Below are positions 36,801 through 49,300 of a stretch of DNA of 64,000 nucleotides, piece by piece. Every line of letters starts with the position of its first letter. Within the stretch, counting starts at the first letter, position 1. Origin of the DNA: Phoronis australis (taxonomy: Eukaryota > Animalia > Phoronida); NCBI GenBank assembly GCA_002633005.1, contig NMRA01000203.1, positions 280,015-344,014 of the forward strand. Direction: 5' to 3'. The translations under genes and the position numbers were made by a program. Below the pieces are notes generated by a model. The model was not told the DNA's origin. It did no database searches and saw only the letters and a program-made list of their open reading frames with translations.

Positions 36801-39800
36801 TCCCACCACACATCCGCGGAATAATGTGATAGGTTGCATCACTTTCCAACTTCTCAGAAGAGTCCACTTTTTTTCCATTTCGGGAAATAAAACAGTCAAC
36901 ATACCCCTACAAACAGTTACAAAGACAATGAAAGAAATAATCACAAGATTTTTCTATTGTCCACGCTTCTCTCCTGACCATGATAACAATGTCAAAGGTA
37001 GATTACTAGCAACAAGACCAAATTTCGGTTTAATGCTCAACATGAAATCTCAAAAACGCTGAACAGATCCAGTTTTCTGGATTATCATCTCGCTTCCATT
37101 TTATGCAACATTCAAATTTCAGAGGCAACTTGCCACGTCTGGGTGGGAAGATGTCCTCCCTTCACTAAAGAAAATATGAAATGGGGTTTTTGGCTCATAG
37201 ATATTCTGCTGTTAACATCATGCTTATGTGCAAATATGGTGAAGGCATTTGCATGAGCTAATCGACCATTCAGGTATACGCCCACCCCACAAGAATGTTT
37301 TTATTGACAACACCCACACTTCGCTTAACCCCCCAATTTAAGAGCCCTGCAAGAATAGGTAATATATAAAATACAAATAAAGTCTATCATCATTATGATT
37401 AGTTTTCCTCCCAAATTTTCACTGTAATTATTTTTTCGTAATTCTTTAGTAAATGAAGAAGCCTGATGAAAAACCACTTATAGTCATGCCACCTGTTGAC
37501 AGGAAATAGGTGTATTAATGTGCATGTTGATCACTAGCAACACTGTCTGGTAAATAGCTTCTGCCTGAACATTGCATTCATGTTATGAATCACTTCCCAT
37601 TGTCATATGCTGTGAGTAGCATGAAAGTTACTTTAAACGTAAGATTTCAGCACAATACTGTTAGTTTTATCGTTCAATTGCTCATGGTTTACTGAACCCG
37701 TTTTGTGTAAAATTACTGAGTTTTGTGTTTGATTTGGATGGCTGAAGTGAAGCACCCATGGAATTCCTTGTCCCGAGTATCATAGGGCACTAGTCGCATA
37801 TAATTAATAGACCCTAACTAACTAACTTATTCTAGGGAGGACAATCAAAAAGTAGGTAACGGAGCTCCATATCTATCTCCATGCAAAATCCACATCGGTA
37901 AATTACTTCATAGTTCACTATAAGACAATTTTTTGTTATGAATAGTTACCCTGGTCATTATTTGTAAGTTTGTGATTTTTGTCACGAATTAACCCTGATA
38001 AATAATTTTTGTAAGCTTTTTTTTAGCGCACAATTTTTCGCCATGCGATCAACTTTCGAAAAAGTGTCTCTTGTTCCTCCAATCCAAAAGAGCACTATAC
38101 TCTCGATTACAAACATGAAATTTTTACAGGATGTAGTTTAGATGCATGCGCACCTCCCCAAGTTATTTTTTCGAAGTCATGGTGAATTTTCATTCGTCCA
38201 AAAGGCCTAATTGTGATCGGTTGGGAGATTGATGTTTTCACAGTTGCGCAATATGCCCCCCCCCCACTTTTAGATGAAGATTTTATCACTCTTTTAATTG
38301 ATAAGTATTTCATTTTCAAAAATTCTGTCAAACTGCTGCACATTGGCACTTTTCAAACAGCAGTCGTTAGTTCACTAAATCATCCCATGTCAGCGCCACG
38401 AGCGGCTACATTGAAGATTGCAACTTCGCCATTCAAAACAAAGTTGTTACAAAGAGTTTTCCTTGCGTAAATGATGAAATCCTTCATGTTAAGACTGGTT
38501 TGTTTTCCCAAATGGTCTTTTCTCTAGTTTCTGATGTTTTTTGAAATGATGCGATCTAATAGTACATGGGTGGTGCCGCAGCACTGAAAAAAGTGGGGGC
38601 TATAGCCTCCCCAAGCCCCTTGGCCCTATCAGACTATGATGTGCTGCCCCTGTAGTAGTACTCAGGAGCAAATCCAGGATTTTTAGTTAAGAGGGGGGGG
38701 GGCAGGGCAGAGTATTAGGCAGGAGTTTACCCGTAAGATATTTGCATCCTCGAACTGTGGAATGAAATCTAGGAGAATTTTAGGGGGGCCATGAAGCCCT
38801 TGTCCCCCCCAAATCCACCATTGTTATCTTGTGGTATGACGTGAAATTTCCTCCTAGCTCAGGTGTATTTATTTCAAAGCTTATGTGTTATCTTTGTTCT
38901 TTTCCTTTTAAGCTGAGTAATTGTCTTCATCAAACATGGGGTTGATGCTCCTGTTCCACTAGGCAACACGTAGCCCCTCGGTTGGCCTTTTAGGGGCTAC
39001 AATACTTCCATTTGCTTTCTGTACGCATTTCATTACATGTATTTTAAACGGGAGGTAACCCAAATCCGGTCATCAATTTTGAGTTTTCACCTCGTCAAAA
39101 ATACATTCCACACTTAAAAATATCATTTATGAAAGAGATTACTGTCATCATCGGTCCTTTCTACTTCTATACATATCTTCGATGAAGCTTAGTTGTGAGA
39201 ATTAAGTTGACTTTGACGAACAATTCCAACTCTACTTTTTTGGTTGCCGTTAACTTTTTCACAACGCACGCGATGTTAACTGAGTCACGTGAGTTAGGCA
39301 AATGCTAACGCGAGACTGAGCGAAGCGCGTGACACTTGCAAAATAGCATGAGAAGGTATCAGGTGAAATTTGTAAGATTTGTGTCCCTTGGACTTTTCAT
39401 TCGTCAACATGCGTGATTTCACGTAACTTCCTCAAAATGGTACCCGGTAACAGAAACTCAAGCAAACCGCGACAGCTTTTCATCGATTTGTTCAAACTAT
39501 CTTCATTGAATCGTTTTCAGACTTATGGTATGAGTTTTTTATAACTCCATGTGCATATATGCATGTTTCGGCGGCATCTAGGGCGATGTAATTACCTACT
39601 GAGTAGTGTTCCACATGCTAACAACACACTTAAACAGCAATATCTCAGTAGAAAACGACCCAAATTGCATCTAATACATACCACCATGTTCCTCTCAATG
39701 AGACGAATCTTTTGATAAGCAGCACATGTATATTCTTTTATTTTTTACGAAATTAAGTAGAAAGGCAGATATTTACGAATAATCGTCCCGTTTCAAAAGC

Positions 39801-40155
39801 CACTTTCTCGGTAACCGCTCACCTAATTTTTGTGAGTTTTGCACCACTTCATTTCTTACACCAAGGACTTTTCAAAAATTTATGACACATTGGCATTGAA
39901 AAAAAAGTTTAAAAAAAACGTTGTCTTCCCTACTTGTAAGACAACTTATTCTAAATAGAAGCTAAATTATAAATTAGATGTGACTTCGAATCGAGTCACT
40001 CGCTGAAAATTTTAAATTTCAGACATGATGATGCAGATTTTACTTACACATTTTGAGTTGATTATTTCCCATAGATGGTCAGTTGTGCTACACAAAGGAG
40101 CTTGAAAGCACAACGTCTCCTGTAAACGGTGATCTTTGACGAAAACGCACAACAT
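27657..40155 (-). CDS. SDE2: SDE2 homolog (ubiquitin-fold-activated splicing / replication stress regulator), about 390 aa
   Basis: Exons 40155-40048, 36906-36795, 36568-36457, 34224-34055, 32801-32717, 29907-29532 and 27866-27657 are all GT-AG and phase-consistent. Signature RMCGG|[31 protein letters not shown], a coiled coil, and the C-terminal SAP-like [28 protein letters not shown]. An extra small exon in the last intron cannot be excluded. Confidence 0.95.
29055..29340. repeat. 11/13-bp variant minisatellite in SDE2 intron 6
   Basis: cacactgc(a/g)tc(g/c/a) units; explains the overlapping low-complexity ORFs. Confidence 0.95.
29532..29907 (-). CDS. SDE2: SDE2 exon 6 (Ser/Asp-rich linker)
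   Basis: ttttttcag|[14 protein letters not shown]...KTDEH|gtaggt; completes the split Trp codon from exon 5. Confidence 0.85.
30114..32400 (+). mobile_element. Decayed Academ(X)-like DNA transposon with long terminal inverted repeats, in SDE2 intron 5
   Basis: Termini TAGTCAGGTT...AACCTGACTA; imperfect inverted repeats of several hundred bp (gttggaattttttggggaaagtggaaac vs gtttccactttccccaaaaaattccaac). Internal broken peptides [60 protein letters not shown] and a Cys cluster CHCKND..RCSC fit the XPG-like and Cys-rich domains of Academ transposases. No TSD seen. Confidence 0.7.
32717..32801 (-). CDS. SDE2: SDE2 exon 5 (basic, NLS-like RKRK)
   Basis: ccacag|[29 protein letters not shown]|gtatat; phases match both neighbours. 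Confidence 0.85.
33327..33668 (+). CDS. GIY-YIG endonuclease domain, Penelope-type, 113 aa
   Basis: VVYEFVCP..C...[21 protein letters not shown]...H...LESLLI...PVLNEQ retains the GIY/YIG strands, the Arg, His, Glu and Asn positions and the CCHH pattern of Penelope nucleases. Confidence 0.8.
   Translation: MTKVRPVAQCSVVYEFVCPMNECLSSNIKQCYIGQTVCSLSRRLSMHLQNGAIQDHFLQRHARKITRQEIMENTSIRYVKQDVLHLKVLESLLIAFEKPVLNEQQTGSRRMFA
33786..33823 (+). ncRNA. Minimal type I hammerhead ribozyme motif, U3-A8 variant
   Basis: cac-TTGAGAA-t-gaaaca(agaa)tgtttc-GAA-ATAT-C-gtg: stem I cac/gtg, 6-bp stem II, palindromic ATAT stem III, predicted cleavage after AUC (33820). The copy at 33188-33225 (minus strand) has G12>U. 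Confidence 0.7.
34055..34224 (-). CDS. SDE2: SDE2 exon 4 (coiled coil)
   Basis: tgatag|[26 protein letters not shown]...DALSQG|gtattt. Confidence 0.93.
36457..36568 (-). CDS. SDE2: SDE2 exon 3 (SDE2 domain)
   Basis: tttcag|[37 protein letters not shown]|gtaggt. Confidence 0.97.
36795..36906 (-). CDS. SDE2: SDE2 exon 2 (end of ubiquitin-like domain, diglycine cleavage site)
   Basis: ttgtag|[37 protein letters not shown]|gtttgt. Confidence 0.93.
38663..38823. mobile_element. Short G/C-tract MITE-like element; related copies at 54579-54732 and 56120-56289
   Basis: Ends cagg..atccaggatttt and aatccacca(t/c)tg; internal ggagaattttaggggggccatga shared with the 56.2-kb copy. Confidence 0.5.
40048..40155 (-). 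CDS. SDE2: SDE2 exon 1
   Basis: ATG at 40155: [36 protein letters not shown]|gtaagt; gives a ubiquitin-sized 71-aa domain up to GG. Confidence 0.85.
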
Positions 40156-40333
40156 GTTTTTTTCCCAAGCTACAGAAGAGAGCTATACAGAACGGAAATG
40201 AGTAAGTTAGGAATCGCTGCCAGAAGAGGTCACTGTGAAAACACTTGCGCCCCCAAACGGACGGGGATAACCAGCTGGATGTCCATGAGAAAATAAAACG
40301 TAAATTATTTTCCTTGGCTGGATACTGAGTTCA
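40156..40333. promoter_or_regulatory. Putative bidirectional promoter and 5' UTRs for SDE2 and TATDN3
   Basis: 178 bp separate the divergent ATGs; contains an ETS-like cggaaat core. Transcription start sites not determined. Confidence 0.7.
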
Positions 40334-43300
40334 ATGGCGGGTTTGGTTATTGACGCACACTGTCATTTATGTGCCTCTGATTTCGACGAGGTAAAACATA
40401 CAGTGATAGTTTGATTATGAGTACGTGTAATCAGCGATTCAAAATTTTTGTTTCTTTTATGCCCCCCGGGCCCCGGGAGGGGGGGGTCACTCTTATTGAC
40501 AAGGTGCCCTCAGGCATGTACCAAAAATTGCTAATAGGCGGTAATTTTTCAGTAAGTTTGTTCAATAGGCCGCTAAATTCACCCCTGCAATTGACCCACT
40601 GTATTGGCCTCGCAAAAGACGCACTGGGTACCGTCAATTTTTGTACATCCCTAACCAGTTGTTAGCGTAGCCAATTTTCAATGTAGATTCCTGAAATATC
40701 CAGTCGTGATGTCCACTTAGGCAATAATGCAAATCGTGTTATTGAATGAAGGAACCTGGCAGAAAAAGGTATTGTTGGAGTATTTGTTTGAGGTTACAGG
40801 ATTTAAGACTGTTTATGACTTCCAAAGTCCCTCTAGCTCTTCCCTTGGAAAGTTTCAGTAGCATTGCATTGGTTAAGATAGGGTGAGCCATTATTTACCA
40901 AAATTCAGTGTTTTGGAATGTAAGACCTATTGCCACCTTCGCTCTCACTGCTGGACTATAATTGCAGGGTCTCTCCCACACTGTTTGGTAGGAATACAGA
41001 GTCTGGATTTTGAATAATATGTGCAGATACCGATTATGTGGAAGAGAATGTGAGCTCACAGCTGCACTGGCTGACACTTAAAAGTCTGCCTTTAACACCT
41101 CAATTTCGAAGTTACACGATTTGTTAGCATAGCTAATAATTCTAATTTTCCATATTTCAGGATCTAGACAGTGTGATCACCAAAGCACAAGAGGTAATAT
41201 GTAAGATGTGGTGGCCAGGCCTGAGATGTTTAAAAATGATTTTTAATTCTTATCTATGGGACTACCTGTTGAAAATCTTGCATTATGGTTTGAAACTACT
41301 ACTGGGGTAAAGTCTACTACTGGGATAAAGTTAATTTAAAATTTATTTTTAAAGGGCAAAACTAATGCCAATATTGTTTCACATCTGGTGCTACATTTTT
41401 CAGATTAATTTTGCACCCGCTAAAGACTAGTGTGATTATTTAAAGACAATGTTGGGAAAATGTAAATATTTATTGTCATACGGGAGCATAAGTCAGCTTA
41501 GTTTAACTTTATGTTTCTTCCAGAATGGTGTAGTTGCAGCACTGGTTGTGGCCGAATCATTTCAAGACTTTGAGAAAGTTCTTCATCTGTCTGACAAGTA
41601 CGTGCAGCTGTTGCTTCAAGCAGCCACTGATAAGAGTACAAAGTGAATAATATACAAGCTGCATCTCCTTATGATTTTAGTTAGGATTAGGAGAACAACA
41701 AGTATCTAAACATCAAAATCTTTTCAGTTACAATAAAGTAATATATAGTTCTCAATTTCCTTGTCTGTGTTAAGGTTTGATAAAAGTTTCATATTACAAG
41801 TTCTGTTCAAATGCGCTTGATACAGTCAGTACTGTGTTATTTGAAAGTTGCTATGCTGTCTTTCATACGTTCTTACACTGGACACCTTGCCCAAAATTTT
41901 ATAGGCTCTTGTTAATTTTGTGGGGTCATTGAAAAGATCCCAGAATGATGCGTAATGTATTGTAGAAAAACGATGTGAAGCTGTTGGTTCTTTTATGAAA
42001 GTAAATTGCGTGAAGATGATAAAAATTGGAATGGAATAATTCTCATTCCTTTAGTTTGATGTCTTTTACAACTCATCAAACCTTTTATAGAAGGTGATAC
42101 ACCCAGCTTGGTTGCAGGAAATAATGCAAAAATGCTCCCTGATCAGATGAACACTGTCCTATGAAGCCAGCTTCCAGTTGCTGTTTTAAAACTGTTTTCT
42201 TACTCGGGGCTTTGGTAGACCTGACAGTTTTTTATTGCTTGAGACCATGATCAGTGCCTGAAGTGACCATTTGAGTTTAACTATCATGTTGAGCCTAACA
42301 ATAATTAGCTGTCAGCTCTTCTGAAAGCCAAAACCAGTACAAATGTGAAGCAATGACCAGTTTGAGACCAGTTATGTGAGGGTAAGTGGTCTAAAACAAA
42401 ACATTAGTTTTTATGGATGGCTGATGCTTTGCTGCATCTTTAACTGAATGTTAAATTTTAGTACGGCCCGTCATATAATCGAGCATAGCATAGTCTTCTA
42501 CTTCTTTGAGATTGGTCTTACTAGTGCAAGGGAGTGAATGACAACCTGGGTAGAATGCGAAAGTGATTTCTGGGGAAGTGTTCGTATTTTAGATGTATGA
42601 AGGTGACAACATGACTTGATTTATTTACTATTGCCTTCTCTGCAGGTACCGTAACTTTATTTTACCTTGTCTTGGTATCCATCCTGTTCAAGGTAATCCT
42701 TGTGGAGAACAGCGAAGTGCTTGTGGTGAGGTAACTTTGACTTCTTTCATTATTACTTGAAAAAAATGCAAAAAACTTGCTACAGCTGGGCTCGATCTGC
42801 AGGTTGCCAATGAGATTTTATTTGGCGACCTAGTAAAATATCAGGTTGCCATGAAGTTGCCTCACACGATACTGAGCACGTACTCAAAATACTACAAGGT
42901 AGTAAACGAACCTTGTAACCGGGGTTTACTTCACTGAGCAACTGTCAGATTGTAGACATAATGGTAAAGAAAATAGAGTTGACTTTGGTGTATTAATTCT
43001 GTATCTCCGAACACATATTTCTTCATTGTAAAGGACAAAATTGAAATGATGAAAGCACGTAAAAAGCACAATTTATTAGGGATTGAATAATGACATGCTT
43101 TTCATGTGTTTTTATCATTTTAGTTTTGTCCTATGCAGTTTTCTGTTGTCGTATGTCTACAATCGGACATTTGCTCAGTAGACTAAACAGAGATCGCGAG
43201 ATTTTATTCTGTCTACTTGAAAAGAAGGAAATCAAAATTGTACACTACATGTTTGAATGAAAGACTGCTACCAAAGTTTGCTAATTATAGGATGCCCAAC

Positions 43301-46300
43301 TACCCGTGAGGAGATGCGTTTGCAGTTTTAATACAGTGTAACTTGAATACTTCACAATTGTCTCCTAGTTTTCATGCTGTGCATGGACAACTAAACTACG
43401 TTGTAATCTTTTCAGGACCTGGTGAATGCTATTCCTTTCATAGAGAAGCATGCTGGGAAATTATGTGCTGTTGGAGAGGTTGGTTGCTTTCTTTCTGTTT
43501 ACTTCACTTCCTAGATTGGTTCCTTAATTCTGAACTCACAGAAAAGCTTTTGGCAATGTTCGATGTCACATTTTCATTCTGTGCATGTCCAAACAATGTT
43601 TTAGCTCATCATTGGAAACAAAACACCACTAAGTTGAACAAAGCAGTTGCAAAGCTTTAGAGCCAAACTGAACATAAACAAGAAATTAAAGTGGATGCCA
43701 AAGTAATAACTTCGAAATATATTTTACCAGTCACTCAAAGCATTAGAGTCAAAGTGAACAGATACTTTGAGTAATCGGAAGTTTGCGTTGTTTACACATG
43801 ACTGTATTATGTTGTAAATATGAATGATTATTGCCAAAGTACATGATTATCCATATTGTGTTATCACCTTGTTCTAAAAGTTTGTTCTATTTTTAAAAGT
43901 TTTTTGAATGTTTTGACAAAAGGTAAACTTTTGGTAAACTAACATGATTTTTAGAAAATAGTAAATATGATTATTTTTATTAAGCCTATTTCCAAAATGT
44001 TAAGTAACATTACAAGTTGGTTGTGATTTTATAGCTTTTGCTCAAGTTATCTAATTTAGTTCTCGTATGTGAAGTGTTACAAATAATTTTCGAAGAACTC
44101 CTGTAAACATAAAGGTGCTAGCTTCTAAAATAAAACAAATTAACGAGTCCGCAATACTGCCTCGGACTGTCTGATTTGCAAAGTTTTGTATTGAAAGCAC
44201 ACACATTTTCAGAATTAAAATGGAAAAGATCACGCATTCCGGTTCTTAAACATTTTGTCCCGTCACCAAAAGATGGCGTGCTGACGAGACAAAATGTTTG
44301 CATCATATTTTCCTCGCCATATTGAGATTGACATGTTCATTATACACTGACTGGAGATCAAGGGTAAGATGCCCACTACTAAGGCTGATTGGATTTCTGT
44401 GTTTGACCGGTGGTCCTGATGGCTCAGTGGCTAGAGCATCTGCACGGTTACCAGAAGGTCCTGGGCTCGAGTCCCAGTTGGGGGCAGAAATCTTGTCAGA
44501 CTTATATTCATTAGGTCACCTGATGTGGCCAAAAGATGGCGTGCTGACGGGACAAAATGTTTGCAACATATTTGCCTCGTCATATTGAGATTGACATATT
44601 CATAAATCATTTATCTTTTGAAGAAAGATGTCTTTCAATGCCATACTGTAGTTACGTAGCAGATTTTGACTGTCACATGATCTATATTTGCAAATCACAT
44701 AGTGCTGATAGATGTTGTGTTACTCTGGCTAGGTTGGTCTGGACTTCACTCCTCGCTTCTGTAAAGATGAGAACAGTAAAACAAACCAGAAGGAAGTCCT
44801 TGCCCGTCAAGTGGAAATTGCTAAAAAGTTTGATCTTCCCCTGTAAGTATTGCTGTTATGGATTTGATTTTAGTGCTAAAAACGTCATTGCCAGATTAAG
44901 TTTAAAGCTTTACTCATTCTAAACAATTTGTTTTCATTTGAACTGGAAATGAGATGTCTTCCTTTCTTTTAGTCCTGTATGTAGATGATGACTTCTTGAT
45001 TCTGCCAAGTCAAAAAATTCATCATCTCAATGAAATATGTGCGATCATATTCATAGCTGGATTTAATTGGATTATACGGAAAGTACCAAGAAACTGAATG
45101 TTTCTGAAAAATTAATACGTAAAAAGTTTATTGATTTTGGGATTGGGGTCCTGAATAACTGAGGTGCTCTTTCAGTAAGAAATAACGTGTTTTTTCAAAG
45201 AAAGTTCTGTTGATACTCTTTTCATTTAGACATATGCACCAAAGCTTCACAGCTTGTGTATCTTTCTTAAATTGTGTGTTACTATTGTGTCTTTGTCTAT
45301 TCTATGTGTTTAAATGAATACATGACAGTGTCTACAATTTGGTGACAGATTAAAGCAAGTTTCTCACAAATTAGTTTTAAAAAATTTGCTCCTCGATTTT
45401 ACGTTTAAAAAAGTGTTTCACATACAGGTGCATATGCATACTTCAGTATATAGGTGCATATGCATACTTCAGTATATAGGTGCATATGCATACTTCAGTA
45501 TTTAGGTGCATATGCATACTTCAGTATATAGGTGCATATGCATACTTCAGTATATAGGTGCATATGCATACTTCAGTATATAGGTGCATATGCATACTTC
45601 AGTATATAGGTGCATATGCATACTTCAGTATATAGGTGCAGCTTTGCATTATGTGAGGGTCAAAATACATTCTGCTTCATTTTTTCTCATATTTTTCTGT
45701 TTCAGCAATGTCCATTCTAGATCCGCTGGAAGACCAGTTATTTCCTTTCTTAAAGAACTTGGTGCCAATAAAGTTCTTCTGCATGCATTTGATGGTAAAC
45801 CATCTGTTGCCATGACGGGTGTAGATGCCGGTTTCTATTTTTCCATCCCTCCTTCTATAATCAGAAGTGAACAAGTAAGGAGAATAACATAGCGCACATT
45901 CTGGTACTTTGCTTTATAATTACTGTATTCAAGATTATTAAAGCTATTTGCACACTTTTGAGAGAATTGTTTTAGAATTCATCAAATTATATTTATTTAA
46001 AATGTTTTCAAGTTCCTTTGCTTTTTATGCGCCCACATGTTTATATGTGGGTGCTTATTGCCATCATCTCTGTCTGTCTGTGCGTCCGTTGTCTGAAGCC
46101 GTATCTCCTAAACCCTTCACAGGAACTTTATGAGATTTGATAGATGTGTTCCTAAAAAGCTGACGACAGACGAGGACGAATTTCAGACTGACTCAACTAC
46201 TGGTGTGCCCCCTAGTGGTAATTTCATTTTTTTTCTGTTTTCCTTTGTTTTTCTGAAGTTCCTTGACATATTTTTATGAAATGTGAGAAAGAGCTTTCTA

Positions 46301-49300
46301 TTAAAGAAGCGATGGCATGTAACCTTTTTCGGATGGATTCGACATTTTTGCGCCATCTAGTGGCCATTTTTATAATACAAATAAACATCCTTAGAAGCAC
46401 ACCGTCTGTGGTGCATTGTTGAGCGCAATTTCAATGCTCCGCGTTACTCTTGTTTAGGAAAGCATTTGTCAATACATTTTTATTGAATATGGAAAAGAGG
46501 ATATGTTTGTGTAGACTGCATGTATTGACGCTTTCATTCCTTAGTGTCGGCCTGAAGTGAAGGATTTTGCCAACCACGGTAGGCTCCCGCGCTGTTGGGT
46601 GAATTTCCCGATTTCGATGATCAGCAACTCCGGTTACAGCCGTGCTGTTATAAGTTTGACAGTGATAGCAAGGGGAGAAAGTTGGCAATCCAATGTTTAT
46701 TTAGTCCAGCTCTCTATAGACCTAATTCACGCAGCGGACATTCAAAATCCAAAGCGAGGCTCACTGCGATAAACAAAGCATAAGTTGACATTGCGCGAGT
46801 TAAATGGCCAGTCTTTCGAGTCCAAGGTGGATATTAAATCTTAAAATTGTGTCAATAATTAACCACAGAGATGTAGAAAATACATTAGAGAACAAATCAA
46901 TGCACCAAAGAGTTGTGTGACGAAAGGGTATAAGTTTTTTTTTTCGGTAAACTAGGTTCAAAACAAAAAGTAAATGCGGCGATCCTAGTGTTACGGATTA
47001 GGTATTATGCTGAATGCAGGGTTACGTACTATCTTCTTGTAAATTGTTGAGAAAAATGCTTTCTACACGAACCAGGTCATCTGCTTGTATTGTTGACGAA
47101 ATGAATATGTATTTGACAGAGGTGGCTCATTGCATTTTGCTGTCCGTGCAATTAGTCACATCTGGTTTAATTTGTTGATCAAGTATAACCTTCTTCCTGG
47201 TGGGGCAAGGACTATGAACTAACAGTTGATTTGTCATTGATGTTATTAATTATATTTTTTTCTTAAAATAAATAACCAGGCTTGTAATGAAAATAAAAAT
47301 ATTTGACCATCAATTGTGGTTTCTTGGCTTTAATAATTCTTACGTCTGTTTCATGTGTTAGGTTTCAAATATCAATCTAGACCAAGTTGAATTTTAAAAT
47401 TAAAACACCTAATTCGTTCGTCCAAAGCATAACCCCGTTTTAGAGCTCAATTTCAGTTAACTGGATGGAGTAAGCATAGTTATCATGTTTCTTCAAGGGC
47501 CTCGTCCATACGAGGGGAAAGGTGCCTGTGCCTTCTGAGAGGGGAATTTTGTCGCCGAGTGAGGGGAAAAATCTACCTCCCGATCACCATCAGCAGCACC
47601 CCCCGCCATGATGCAAGTTCTCATAGACTCTATCTTAAGTAGCATTTTGTGCTCTCTCAAATTGTCACCTTTGTGGTTAGGTGATTTGAACTTCAAAGAT
47701 AAATTTTCAATCACTTGGGGAATTTTTATGCCTCGGGGGGAGGTGGAATTTTGTGTGATTTTTCAACATTTTTGAGAGAGGAATAGGGCCAATATTCGGC
47801 CCCAAAATAGAGGGATTGGGGGCCCTGTTCTTTTTGGAGAGAAAAATGCATCATGTTTCAACCCGTCGTCTTGAAAACACAGCCTGGTTGACCGAAGATT
47901 CTCCGGTTGTCGCTATGATGCTCGGCTACCGAGATGCGACAAAATATGATCTAACTTTTTGGAAACGTTTTTAATTTTACACGGACATATTGTCCTTCGT
48001 CGCAGCGTATGGCAATGACCCAATGAAGCTGAATCTCAACGTCCTTAGGGATTGTAAAACAGATAGTTGAATGTCCGTATTTTTTCTAGTCCTTCGACTA
48101 CTAGTGCCGATAAGCCAACAGAGCTATCGTAGCGAGTCTCGTTTTGGAATGTGCCTCCTGTCGATGTGAATTAGGTCTGTTGTCTGCATTCGTCTGATAA
48201 ACTTGCGTAATCCAACAATTATGTTGTAAACAGTCCGTTTGACATTAAACGATATTTAAAAAATAACTGTTTGTTATTTTCTATATGCAGTCTTTAATTT
48301 TCTATTCTTGAATTTGTTTTGTAAGGTGCTGTGTAGCCCAAGCCATAATCACAAATGCAACTGCTGTGAGGTATCAATCTGGTGGGGAAATTCTTGTAAG
48401 GTCGGAGTAAAAGGCATTGATATCTATTCAGACCTTGATGAATACAAATATTAAAGTTTATTGTTGCCCTTATAGCAACATGTTACTAGTTGTAGTTTGC
48501 AGTGCTTTACCTGTTTTATGTTTTTATTTTGGCAAGAAGCAAAAACTGGTGGCGAAGATCCCACTGGACAGAATTCTGTTGGAGACTGATTCACCAGCAT
48601 TAGGACCTGAAAAGCAGGTGCAGTATTATTTGTAGAGGGAGTGCTTTCAGTTTTTATGGAAGTCACTTACTTACAAATTGGTTTCCGCTTATGGAAATCG
48701 CAGAAAACAATGAAAATATGTTTGAGTTTTCAATAAGAGAACTATAAACCATTGGTTTATAAGTCATATTTTTGAGTATATTGTATTTGTTTGGCAACTG
48801 TCAAGAGCAAAATAATTTTGTTTATAGTTGATTTTTGTGGGAAAAGCAATTGACTGAAATTATATTGTGGAAAACTGCAAAAGTGAATATACAATTTAGT
48901 GATAACCACTTTATGCTTCCAGGGCTAGTGATACATTATTGTGCAATTTGCTTCAGTGGAAGACTTATCCAGGAGCATTGTGGGAAATAATGGTGTACAT
49001 CTAGTAACACATTTTGATTTTAGGGAGAGGCCATGATAGTGAGAGGCCATGATAGTGAGAGGCCATGATAGTGAGAGGCCATGATAGTGAGAGGCCATGA
49101 TAGTGAGAGGCCATGATAGTGAGAGGCCATGATAGTGAGAGGCCATGATAGGGAGAGGCCATGCCTCAAAAATTCTAAAAAGCCGATATTGCGGACTTGG
49201 CTCACAAGTGTGTTTATGGTGCTACCTTTTGAAAACTAGGTCATTCAACCAAGTGTGTCTTTCTGTTGGGTTCAATGTATTCTGTGCCATCCAATGGCCA

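Noticed and set aside
39044-39826. Kolobok-like non-autonomous element in SDE2 intron 1
   Set aside because: Terminal similarity is too weak to define inverted repeats or a TSD.
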